A stretch of 64,000 nt of DNA, from NCBI RefSeq assembly GCF_000143415.4, contig NW_003314281.1, forward strand, positions 1,651,882-1,715,881, in the 5' to 3' direction. The notes under the pieces are model-generated. The model ran no database searches. It was not told where the DNA came from and was given only the letters and a program-made list of their open reading frames with translations. A program made the translations under genes and the position numbers. This document shows positions 1 through 11,800 of this stretch, in pieces (within the stretch, counting starts at the first letter, position 1; each line of letters begins with the position of its first letter). This stretch comes from Selaginella moellendorffii. Lineage: Eukaryota > Plantae > Lycopodiophyta.

Positions 1-1634
1 AACATTTCCCCCTTCCAAACCATGTGGGAGATTCGCGCTTAATATAAGGGTAATCCAACCTGTCCATTCGCGGTGGGTGAATATGCCGGCTGCCGGCCGG
101 AATATGCCGCGCGTGACGCCGCCGCCGGCGGAGAATGTAAAGCGGATCTTGAGGCCGACAGTGTGATTGGCCCCGAATCAAATGGCGCTCTCCCATTGGC
201 CCGGCGAGATATGTCCCGTATCTACATGTGCCCTGTTTGCGTACATGCGTACGTAGCTCGTATCTCATCCCTTTGTTTGTTTTTCCAGCGTGGAGGAATA
301 TTCGCTCCCCGTTGTTTTCACGGGGAGTTAAAAAATGGTGCTTGCTGCGCGCGATTTGGTGCGTGCCATCGCAAACAGCGGCCGTCCCCTTCAATTCCTT
401 GATTACGTCGTCGCGAGGCGCGATTCATTGTCGAGCTGACACGAGAGAGATCTGGATATCACACGGGAACACCCCTTTAGCGTGGAGAAATCCAAAGGGG
501 GCAAAAAAAAAAAAAAAAACAAACCAAACCTTCGACCTGCGGACAAAAGATTGGGATTGTCCGAGAAAATGCCTGATGCATCCAACAAGAGCTGTTTGAT
601 CCGAGAAACCATCCAAACGAACCCAGCGAGTGATGGGATACACATCGCGAAGCGAAGCGGACAAACTCCCTGCCTGGAGTTTACGAAATGCGTGAGAGCG
701 TTCGGATGGATCCAAGCTTTTCCAAGTCCGGCCAAACTCCAAACTCGTGGAGATAATTGACCTGGGAAAAGGAAGAATTAGAATTCCTGGGCGAGCAAAC
801 CCGTACAAACCTGGCCGGGTTCAACAATCCTTTTGTTCCAGATCTTCCAGAGTTCCAGGCCAGTCCTGTGATCAACCTACCCTTCCTGCAAACTCAGAAG
901 AGAAAGGATTGAAAACGGAGGAAAAATACAAAAAAAACTAAAGCTGTTCCACGCGTGAAAGATTTGCAAAGCGAAGAACTCGTACAATGATACGAATTCG
1001 GACCGGAAGAGTTTTAGTCTGGTCTAACTTACCTCCTCTCGCTTCTCTTGTGTGGCTCTGATGAATCATCGAGATGGCTTTCGCACGCTGCTCTCCTACT
1101 GCACTGTGTACACGGCTCCTTTCCTCGCGCGCTCCTGTCACACCCAACACCACCATCAGGAAGGAAAGGAGAGAAAAGAGAGACAGAGGGCAAAGAAAAC
1201 GAATAGCAGATCCAAGAAATCCAAACAGCCAAAAAGCATTGCGCAAGAGAGCGCCCCACCTCTGAGATGGACGTGCTTGACTCACGGGAGAGTTCGAATC
1301 GTGTCAGCCGGAAATCCGCGTAGAAATAGTCTTCGATCTTTCCATACTCCTGCCGACAAAAAGAAAAAATCAAGGGAGAAACAAGGCGCTTGTTAACGAG
1401 ATCGAAATCTTTGAGAAAAACTTTACGCTCGTCAGATGCTTGCGTCGCGAGATTCTCTAGCTTAGAAACTCTGGAGCGACAAAAGTGAGAGAAGAAAACA
1501 AGACCCAAAATGTGAAGTTAAAAAGTTGAACGCAAGCCTCACAAAATTTGGAAATACAACGTCGACTGTGCTCGGCTAGAGAGAGCACAGGTGTGTACCA
1601 TAGGTTTTCTGATCTTCGGGAAAGCTTGCTTGCA

Positions 1635-2152
<518 letters not shown>

Positions 2153-2262
2153 CTTGCACTGAAGAGGAGGAGAAAGAGAGGAGATTTCATACCAAAGCGC
2201 AAGAGCAGCGCGCCTACCTCTGATGCGCGTGATCGCCGGCCGCAAACCTCAGCGCCTCCACA

Positions 2263-2270
2263 AAACCCTA
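2263..2270. promoter_or_regulatory. telo-box AAACCCTA in the RPS15A/LPA2 divergent promoter region
   Basis: Exact motif upstream of a ribosomal protein gene; telo-boxes are typical of plant translation-machinery promoters. Confidence 0.6.
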
Positions 2271-2417
2271 GCGCCCGGACGATAACCAAAAGCCCTAGCA
2301 CCAACGGCTGCGATTTGTTTTAACGATTTCACTATGGACAGGAATTGAACCCCGGACCAAATGCGATGCGAAGAGAAAAAGAAAAGATAGAGCTGTGGAA
2401 GAAGGAACAAAACAAGG

Positions 2418-3072
2418 ATGCCATCTTCTTCTCTTACATGTGTCTCATGCGGTGGATTTAGTAGCAGCTCAATAGCTCCTTTCTTCAAGAGCTCCACTTC
2501 CAGGTCTCTAAAATCCCAAAGAAGTAGAGATTTAGCAGCGAGAGCTCTCTCCACTGAAGAGCCAGAGCCAATCCTCCAGAAATCCAGCAAGAAGAAGCCA
2601 CCAGGCACTGGCTTTGGGGAATCCCAATCCACTTCTCCCAAGAAAAAGAGCTCTAAATCCCCGAATCCACCTGGTGAAGTACCTGATACGTCTTCTTCTT
2701 CCGGAATTCGAAGAAGGCCTGCTCCGACAAAACCATTCGTAGCTCCGCCGCCTGATCCACAAACCCAGCAGCTCGAGACGATCGCCGAGATTACCTTGCT
2801 CGGCCTCGTCGGTGTTGTCATCCTCGAGGGTCTCGCACTTGCAGCTTCTGGTAAGTAGAGCTTTCTACTTCTCTCGCCTCCATCGCAACTCTATCAAGAT
2901 AAGATGGTTAATCCGATAACAAATGCTTAATGCAGGCTTCTTACCCGAGGAGTGGGATGAGTTTCTCGTCAAGACCGTGTACCCGTCTTTCACCCCCACC
3001 ATAGGCTTGTTCGTTGCTTTGGCTGCTGGATACGGCTTGTACAAATACTTTGGCGGTCAAAAGAAAGGTTAG
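2418..3072 (+). CDS. LPA2: LOW PSII ACCUMULATION 2-like thylakoid protein; exons 2418-2850, 2936-3072
   Basis: Ser-rich transit peptide, GTGFG motif, IRRRPAP, and two TM segments ILEGLALAASG|FLPEEWDEFLVKTVYPSFTPTIGLF...YGLYKY matching the LPA2 family as recalled. Confidence 0.85.
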
Positions 3073-3185
3073 CCACGAAGGAAAACGAAGATGCGAGCGA
3101 GGATGGAAGTCCTTAACAAGAGTAACACGTTGGAAGCCTCTTACCGGACACACACTCCACACATACCTTTACCAGAACGTTAGAG

Positions 3186-5317
3186 TCAATGCACTAGCTC
3201 TTCTGTGCCTACTCCAGGTATGGGAAACTGTTTGGCGAACGCTTCCACTCGGTTTCGTAGATCAGCTATGCTCGCCTGGACCGGAGAGTCTTGAGATTCG
3301 AGTGCCTGGACGTACTCTTTCATTTTCCCTTGCTTTACTGTTTCCTTGAGCTGTCGGGCGATTTGGACGCCTTCGTGAATGAATCCCGCGACTTTGATGA
3401 AGTCATCTTCCTTGAGTCCTCTCGTTGTCAATGCGGGTGTGCCGATGCGTACACCGCCTGGAACTAACGCACTCTTGTCCCCTAAGCAAGGCCGTGATTT
3501 TAGGAGGATCCACGTATCAATCGCAACGTCAAACCTGGTACAGAGTTTTTGTTGAGTGTGATGGAAGCACGATCCAGGACTTTTTCAGCCCTGGCACCGT
3601 CAATTCCCTGGACACCACAGCGCCAAGTCAGTAGCGTACCAAAGCACGGGTCAAAAGTGCAATTTACCAGAGGACGCAAATCAACAAGGACTAGGTGATT
3701 TTCGGTTCCGCCAGACACGAGCGTAAATCCCAAGTCCACCAACGTTTTTGCAAGCGCTTGGCAATTCGCAATCACCTAAAACAAACACCACACTTTGAAA
3801 CGGCTCTCTCCGGCAAGTTGAAAGTTGGTACCTGCTTTTGATACTGCTTGAATTCTTCGGTTGCAGCATGCTTCAGGCACACCGCCAGTCCAGCAATGGT
3901 GTGATTGTGAGGCCCGCCCTGTTGGATAAACTGAGTAAGAAAATGCCATTCCCGAGACAAGCAGCGCTCACCTGCAGACCCGGAAATACTGCATTGTTTA
4001 TAGAGGTTTCCAAGTCCAGCCCCAAAACTGGATCTTTCCTGAAAAATATCATTCCTCCACGAGGGCCCCTTAAAGACTGCAAAAGCACCGGTGAGCAATA
4101 TACGTCAGAGAAATCTATAAGCTGCAATCAACCTTGTGAGTAGTAGTTGTAACCACATCACAATACTCAAAAGGGTTTGCAAGTTGACCCGCAGCCACGA
4201 GCCCGCTGATATGAGCCATATCCATCATCAAGAAGGCACCAACGCTGTCTGCCACCTATCAAGTGATAGTTTAATCTCATTTGAAGAATCAACTGGAAAA
4301 TTCGAACCTTCCGCATCCGGGCATAGTCGAATTCCCTTGGATAAGCACTACCGCCAGCTATTATAAGCTTTGGCCTGAACACGGCAGCATTTTCTTCGAG
4401 CTTATCGTAGTCCACTATACCTGTGCAATTGACCAAGCCAAGTTGAAAATGAAGGGATCCACGGAAAAGCTGCCGCACGCACCTGTTGCTTCGTTGAGGC
4501 GATATGGCATGGATTCGAAGTACACCGATGTTGCTGACACTCTCCTCTTCTCGGTCATAAAGCCATGGGACAAATGTCCGCCGTGTGGAAGATCTAGTCC
4601 CTAACAAGAAGAACACGGAACAAATGAGTTAGTCAAACAGAACAAGAAAAAACTCGCAGTTTGGTGAGCTACCATAATACGGTCATGGGGACGCAAAAGC
4701 GCTGTGTAGACTGCAAAATTTGCCGGCGAGCCAGACAGCGGCTGGACATTAACACCCCATTTAACGGGATCAAGGTTGAAAGCATGGAGGGCTCTCTTCT
4801 GGCATAAAGTCTCGCTTTCATCAATGTATTCATTGCCACCGTAGTACCTATCCACAACTCGTTAAACTTCAAGCCAAAAAAAAAAGAGCGAGGCAAAACC
4901 TTTTCCCAGGAAGCCCTTCCGAGTACTTGTTTGTCAAGCACGAACCAACAGCTTCCATCACAGCTCGGGACGTGAAATTCTCTGAGGCAATGAGCTCCAA
5001 CCCACGGAATTGCCGCTGCCTCTCCGATCCGATGATTTTAAACATCTCGGGATCGGCATCACTGAGAGTAGGATCCCAGGAGCGACGATCTGCAAGATTA
5101 TGCCAAATTCGCGAGAGGATCGAGATTGGATTCAGAACATACCGGAAGAAATCGACTTGGAAGCGGGCGACAGGGTATCGACGCCAGTGGATTTCGCTCT
5201 CACCGCGATGGATCGCTTGATCGAGCAGAGGCGCCAGGAGCCGGGCGAGAAAATGCGAGCTGGAGGAGGTGCCAATCCGGAGGAGGGCATCGTCGCTTGC
5301 TGCTGGAGCATCCGCAT
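3186..5317 (-). CDS. SHM3: Serine hydroxymethyltransferase, plastid type (SHM3-like), multi-exon
   Basis: [57 protein letters not shown]-lysine motif TTTTHK|[16 protein letters not shown]-terminal FPIPGV; N-terminal transit peptide. Confidence 0.95.
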
Positions 5318-5711
5318 TCCGAGAGAACCTAGAATGGAGTAAAACCCTAAACCTCAGTGGAGGGAATCTTCGTATTTGATTAAGACTCCAAACAGGTTGT
5401 TTAGGATTGGACGGCCAGGATGCCCTAGTTTCCATTTGCGGTGGAGATTCGTCCTCTATTCTCGCTTTTGCATGCTCTTTGGGTTGGATGGTCCGTCAAG
5501 AGCTTTGTTCCTCCATATAATCCGAGCTCTCAGCCAGGGTTTGAGGCGCCCTCTCTCGCAGTTCTTCGTGATCCACGCGGCATCCGCGAGCCATTTCCTT
5601 CCGCATTTCGGAGTAATCTCGTCTCGCTCTGGTAAGATTGTGACGCCGATCGATCGATCGATCGAGCGAGGTAGCCCTAAGATCTGTTTTCCTGCTTTTG
5701 GTGCTCTAGCA

Positions 5712-6247
5712 ATGGCCGCTGTCGCTGGATCCTGCTCCATGGTGCCTGCCGTGCCCGTCGCTAGCGTCGGATCCCTTGGAAGAGCTTCCCCGGTGGTCGG
5801 ATTCAAGCCCAGCGCCATTGCCTTGAGAAGCAAGCGGTGTCTTTCCCTCATCTCATGCGCGGTATACTTCTATCTCTTGGATTTTTTTCTCCAGGTGATT
5901 GTGAGTTCTTGAGTGTGTGATTCTCTTTTCTTTCACAGGCAAAGCCAGAGACTCTTGCTACAGTCCAGAAGATCATCGCCAGTCAGCTCTCGATCGAGCA
6001 GTCCAGCGTCACTCCGGCCGCCAAGTTCGCTGATCTTGGAGCCGACTCGCTCGACACGGTAATGGATCTTTAGTAGCTCCTTCTCTTCGTCTTCTAACTG
6101 GGAAGATTGGTCTCGTCTCCAAAGGTTGAGGTGATGATGCAACTCGAGGAGAACTTCAAGATCAGCCTGGGCGAGGAGGGAGCCGAGAAGATTGTCACCG
6201 TGCAAGACGCTGCCGATTTGATCGAGGACGTGATCGGCAAGCAGTGA
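5712..6247 (+). CDS. ACP: Plastid acyl carrier protein; exons 5712-5861, 5939-6058, 6125-6247
   Basis: Transit peptide ending ISCA|AKPETL; phosphopantetheine motif DLGADSLDT|[11 protein letters not shown]. Confidence 0.95.
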
Positions 6248-6582
6248 AAAAGGAGGCAAGCAACGCGTTTCTGCGGCGGATCAACCAACCAAAATGGCAT
6301 CGTTTTTGTAATGGTGACGGATTAATAATTCATTCTCATACCAGTTTTTTGTTTCTTTCCCAGTTATTCTTACAGATTCGTTGACAATACTTTATTCTTC
6401 CCTTCGTTTTCGGCAATCTGCTTTCATTGACTAGCCTCAAAATCAAAATTTGCGCACTAGATCATGGCCACAAAGACGAGGGAGCGATTTTTTTCAATTA
6501 TACATACACACGAAGAACACGAAGAATGGTTCTATACAAAAGAATCACACAAAATTATAAATCTCGCGCAGGAGGTGTTCTA

Positions 6583-6846
6583 TCATTTGGCTGCCTTCCT
6601 CCTTTGGTACTGATCCTTGATCCAGTGAATTCCAGTGGAGGTGCCTGCCTTGATCTTGTTCGCGCTAGCAGCAGCCACGATCTTAGCCTTGTCCACTCCC
6701 TGGCTCGCCGCCGCCTTGATCTTAGCGCCCTTGTTTGACGACGATTCCTTGCTCCTGCTCTTGTCCATCTTCATTTGCTCCGCTCGCTCCTTGTCGTTCA
6801 TCTTGTAGTCCCACTGATCCGCCCAGCTCAGCCCATTCGATTCCAT
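6583..6846 (-). CDS. Small conserved plant protein of unknown function (SWADQWD...WIKDQYQ type), 87 aa, intronless
   Basis: MESNGLSWADQWDY...KAKIVAAASANKIKAGTSTGIHWIKDQYQRR resembles a recognisable plant small-protein family. Confidence 0.8.
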   Translation of the reverse strand: MESNGLSWADQWDYKMNDKERAEQMKMDKSRSKESSSNKGAKIKAAASQGVDKAKIVAAASANKIKAGTSTGIHWIKDQYQRRKAAK

Positions 6847-7118
6847 CCTCTCTCGATCGAAGAATTCCCTCAAAGCCCCGGAGGCCCAAAAACCGATCTT
6901 TTAGAGCACCGCGCCTCGCTGAGGTTCTTGCTTGCTTCGCTGCCGACTTTCTAGAAAGATAAACCGAGTGAAAAGCTAAGACCAAGTTAAGATGAGAAGA
7001 TACTATTAAATATATGGAAGGTGACGTGTGCCATCTGGAAGACTGGCACGGGTACGTTCGCTTTGCGTGGAAAAGACTGCTTTCTAGAAATTTCGACCAG
7101 TGTTTCTTTGTTTCATCG

Positions 7119-8736
7119 ATGGAATCTGTGGACGTCGCGATAATCGGAGCAGGGCTGTGCGGGTTGGCGCTCGCGATTGGCCTGCAGAACAGAGGAATCA
7201 CCGCTCACTTGTTTGAAAAGAGTGATGGGATTCGAGCGGATACTGCTACAGGGATAAGTATTGGAAAGAATGGTACCTTTTTTTCTTACCTTCCATTGTT
7301 TCGAGCTGTAAGATTTTTCGCAGGAGGGCGAGCTCTGGACGGAATCCATCCGGGGCTCGAGGAGGCCATGAAATCTGCAGGAACGCAGATAAAGAGCTTT
7401 AGAATCCTTGACATTACTGGTGGCGAGAAGCAGGAGATTGAGATGAAGGAAGGAGAAATCCCGGCGGTGTTTATGGTACCTTGGAGAAAAGCACGAAAGA
7501 TGTTGGCTGACATGGTTCCCAGTTCTAACGTTCACTGCTCGCACAAACTCGTCTCCTACAGTGCTGCAAAAGATAAGGCAAGGAAGTGAGTGAGAGACAG
7601 CATACAAATCATACAACTGACTTACACAGGATGAAGTCGAGTTGGAGTTTGAAGTTCGAGATGATCAAGGCCGGACTTCTCGCAAGACAATCCATGCCGA
7701 TTTGGTGATTGGAACAGATGGAGTCCACTCCGCTGTGAGGAAGATCATGGTGGGAGATAAACCCAGGGACTTGCACCTGATGAACTGGAACGCTCTCGTC
7801 TACAATCCCGATTCCAAGTAAGTGAATTTACCGGCAACAGTAGAGCTTACCTTGGACATACGACCAGGTTCTTCAAGGTCCACGAGAAGGATCAGATTTT
7901 CATGATCAAGGACCACGCAACATTCGTTCATCTCGCGGACTCAGGTAACTGGCTCTCTGCGAAAACACTAAAGTTTAGAGGAGAAGATACAAGTGGATCA
8001 TGCGTATTTACTTACAGGCGAAGACTATACCTTGTGGGTGGTCCGGATGCACAACGAAGACATCCCGACTGGTGGTGCATTTGGAGGCCCTCCTGCCAAA
8101 GAACGAGCTCTCAAAGAAATCCGAAAGTTGGAGCCACCGGAAGTCTGGGAGCCACTGAGAATCGCCGTGGAAGCGACGAGTCCGGAGCTGATTTACGAGC
8201 GGAGGATCATCGACAATCCACCACTCGAGTCTTGGAGCGATCTTGACGGGCGTGTTCTTCTCATTGGAGACGGTCAGTCACTCGGCTTCTTCGAAAGCTT
8301 GTCGAGAAACTTTTGTTTTCTTCTTCTTCTCCTTTCCAGCGGCTCATGCAATGCATTGGGGTCCCGGACAAGGCGCTAGAACAGCGTTTGAAGACGCACA
8401 CCAGCTATCAGAGCTCCTGGCAGCAGCAATAGCAACCGGTGAGGAAAGAAAGAGAGCCATTGCAAGGTAAGGAAGGATTTTCTCTCATTCATACCTCTGG
8501 AGCTGATCGATCCATCCCCGCTACGCAGGTTTGAGGAGCTGAGAATCCCTCGCATGACGAGATTCCAGGCATTCGCGGCCGAGGGCACCGAGCTGCCCGA
8601 ATTCGTCACGGAGGATGTCCAAACTCTCCCAGAGAGCGAGCGGCGCAAGCGTAGATATGAATTCCAGGCCTGGGCCGATAGCTACCCGGAGAAAATGGCC
8701 GGAGATCCCGACTCCACTTACTTCAAGCCGCTGTGA
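7119..8736 (+). CDS. FAD-dependent monooxygenase (FAD_binding_3; zeaxanthin epoxidase/salicylate hydroxylase-like superfamily), ~7 exons
   Basis: VAIIGAGLCGL (GxGxxG), ADLVIGTDGVHSAVR (DG motif), RVLLIGD|AAHAMHWGPGQGA (GD motif). Confidence 0.9.
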
Positions 8737-8846
8737 AACCATCGCCCTGGCCTCCTGGCTTAGCCTAAATGTGAATTAAATGTTAGGGTTTAATCGGAGC
8801 TAGGGTTTTCGTCTTCCGCCCGGGTGGAGGAGGACGGGGGAGCGCG

Positions 8847-11800
8847 ATGATCCCGATCAACAACTTCGAGCAGCATGCCAGCAAGTTCCTGGACCCAGAC
8901 TTGTGTACGCGCATCGGTTTTCTCTTGGATTTTCTCTTGATTCGTGGAAATTTTCAGCGATGCAGCAGCGGCATCAGCTCGCCACCGAGGTCCGGGACAG
9001 CATCGAGATCGTCCAGACATCCGAGTACCTCAATTTCCTCAAGAACTACTTCCGGGTCTTCTCGTCGCTGCTTCTCAGCACCACCAAGCCCCAGACCAGC
9101 GATTCCATCGAGCACAAGCTCCGGTTTGTGATTATCGAGATTCTCAACCGGCTGCCGCACAGCGAGGTCATCCGGCCCTTCGTCTCCGATCTCTTGAAGC
9201 TGTCGATGCAAGTTCTCGGCACGGACAACGAAGAGAATGGGCTCATTTGTATGCGCATCATCTTTGATCTCCACAAGAACTTCCGCCCGGCGCTGGAGGC
9301 GGACGTGCAGCCTTTCCTCGATTTCGTTTGCAAGGTATGCGGAGAGATTTTTTTCTTCTTCAAAGAGTTTCTTTGGCTGGTTTTGTTTGCCAGGTTTATC
9401 AAAACTTCAAGAGCACCGTAAGCTACTTCTTTGAAGAGACCAACAGTGATGTCCAAATTGCTGCTGCTGCCGCTGCCGCCGCCGCCGCGGCTGCTCCACA
9501 GAACGTTGGCTTTGTGGGATCTCAAAGGGGAAGTATCTCTGGGCAACTGAATCCAAGTACGCGATCGTTTAAAATACTTTCGGAGTGCCCGCTCATCGTC
9601 ATGTACCTCTTCCAAATCTATCCGCGATATGTTCCGAGCAACATTCCTGTTCTTCTTCCGCTCATGGTTAATGCCATCGCAGTGCCAGGACCAGCACCAC
9701 ACCAGGTTCATCCGACGATGAAGGGTCACTTTGTGGACCTTAAAGCGGGTCAAGTGAAGGTATGTATTTCTTGTGATTTTTTTTTTCTGGGGGTTAAGTG
9801 CTTGTTTTTCTCTTGGCAGACAGTATCTTTTTTGTGCTACTTGCTGAAGAGCTTTGCCGAGTTTATCCGTCCACATGAAGAGAGTATGTCTAGAAGTATT
9901 GTGAACTTGTTAATCTCGTGTCCTGACTCAGTCACCATCCGAAAGGTCTGGTCTATCAAAAATTTTACACCCCCATTGTTGTATCTCACTATCTTACGCT
10001 GCTTACAGGAACTTCTAATCGCTACGCGTCATGTTTTGGCCACTGATTTTCAAAGAGGGTTGTTTCCTCTGATGGACAAGCTATTAGATGAAAGGTCTGC
10101 ACATTCATGATTATTCTTCGCATAACAGGGGTCGTGCATTTAGAGTTCTTGTAGGAACAGGTCGAGCATGCTTTGAGGGACTTCGGCCTTTGGCGTACAG
10201 TATACTAGCCGAACTCATTCACCACGTTAGACTCGAACTGACACTTAAACAGGTTGGTGTGGAAAGCCTTTGCGTCTTTGTTTTCACCGTCTGTGTTTTT
10301 CTATAGCTTTCTTTGATTGTATATATGTTTTCAAGAAATGTGCACGACCCTTCCTTACCGCTAGGTGTACAAACCACCTGCGTTCGTCTTATGCTTAACC
10401 TGGTAAGTCGAATGGATGAGTTTTCTTTATCCTCTTTGATCTGGTTTTTAAAAATACTCAGGTTGAGACCATATACAGTCGTCGTGGTGACCCAAGCAAA
10501 GAAGATGGCAGAAAACTACTGGTAACATTCTAAATGTCAGTTTGGTATTGAACCGCATGTTACAGGGACGGATTCTGGATGCCTTTGTGAGTAAATTCTC
10601 AACACTCAAACGTTATGCTTCACAGGTGACGATCAAGTGTATATTACGGAAGATACTTATATTGGATTCTGTGTGTAGCTTGAACGTAACGACTTCAGTA
10701 CCAGAACCAAGCTAGAGCTTCCTGTTCAGGTTGTATCTTCCCGCATTACCTCATCTAACGTGGTGCTTCTTTTTGAACAGGCTGCGTTGAATCTTCAAAC
10801 GCCTCAAGAACATGCGAAAGATTTTGCGGACTGCAAACAGCTTATCAAAACATTAATAATGGGTATTACAAGGGTTTTTAATTCTTGGATGTCATTCTTA
10901 TTTGCTCCGATACAGGAATGAAAACTCTAATATGGAGCATCACAAATTTCACAGCCACTCAAGTGTCGATGCAGCAGCCTCAAGGTGCAGTTGTCAACGC
11001 AGGCGGGCCCAAAGGCATGCGAGAGGACGAGGTTAGCATCCAATTTTACATTCCATTCTTTGAATTTGGTTCGTACAGGTTCTAGCCGCTTCGGGGATCC
11101 TTACAACTGGAGTGTTTTGCTTATCTCTTTACAAAGACAAAGAAGAGGAGAAGGATATGTTCACGCACTACACATCCGTTTTTGGAGTGATGGAACCCCG
11201 GAATCTCATGGACCTGTTTTCAAGATGTATGCCACGGTTATTTGAGTACACTCTGGCCAACAACCAGCTCCTTCAGATATTCTCAAACCTGCTACAGAAC
11301 CAGAAGTTGACACGACATTTTGCGGACGTGTTGATACAGTTTCTTATGGGAAAGCTCGATACTTTAAAGCAGCCGGATACTCCCCAGGCCAAGCTCGTGC
11401 TGCAGCTATTCAGATATCTATTTGTTGCGGTCGCGAAGTATCCAAACGACTGCGAGAGGGTTTTACAGCCTCACGTCCTCACCCTTATGGAAGTATGCAT
11501 GAAGAATGCTACGGAAGTGGACAAGCCGTTGGGATATATGCAGCTCATGCGAATTATGTTTCGCGCTTTATCAGGTGGAAAGTTCGAGCTCTTATTTCGG
11601 GAGTTCGTTGCTACGTTACAACCGTGTCTCAATATGCTACTGGCTATGATCGAAGGACCCACAGGCATGGATATGACTGATCTTATAGTGGAGTTATGCC
11701 TGACTATGCCGGCCCGGTTAAGCTCGCTTCTGCCACACTTACCACGTCTTATGAAACCTCTGGTACTTGCTTTGAAGGGGAATGACGACCTTGTTGCGTT

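Noticed and set aside
1-210. Promoter of an off-window gene (two GGGCCAAT motifs and a TATA-like motif on the minus strand)
   Set aside because: Plausible, but short motifs with no linked gene visible in the window
5895-5900. In-frame 6-nt micro-exon (AG|GTGATT|GTGAGT) in ACP intron 1
   Set aside because: Flanking introns would be only 33 and 38 nt; the direct SCA|AKPE junction matches known ACPs
2418-6247. Functional cluster of plastid genes (LPA2, SHM3, ACP)
   Set aside because: Unrelated pathways; adjacency is plausible by chance in a gene-dense genome
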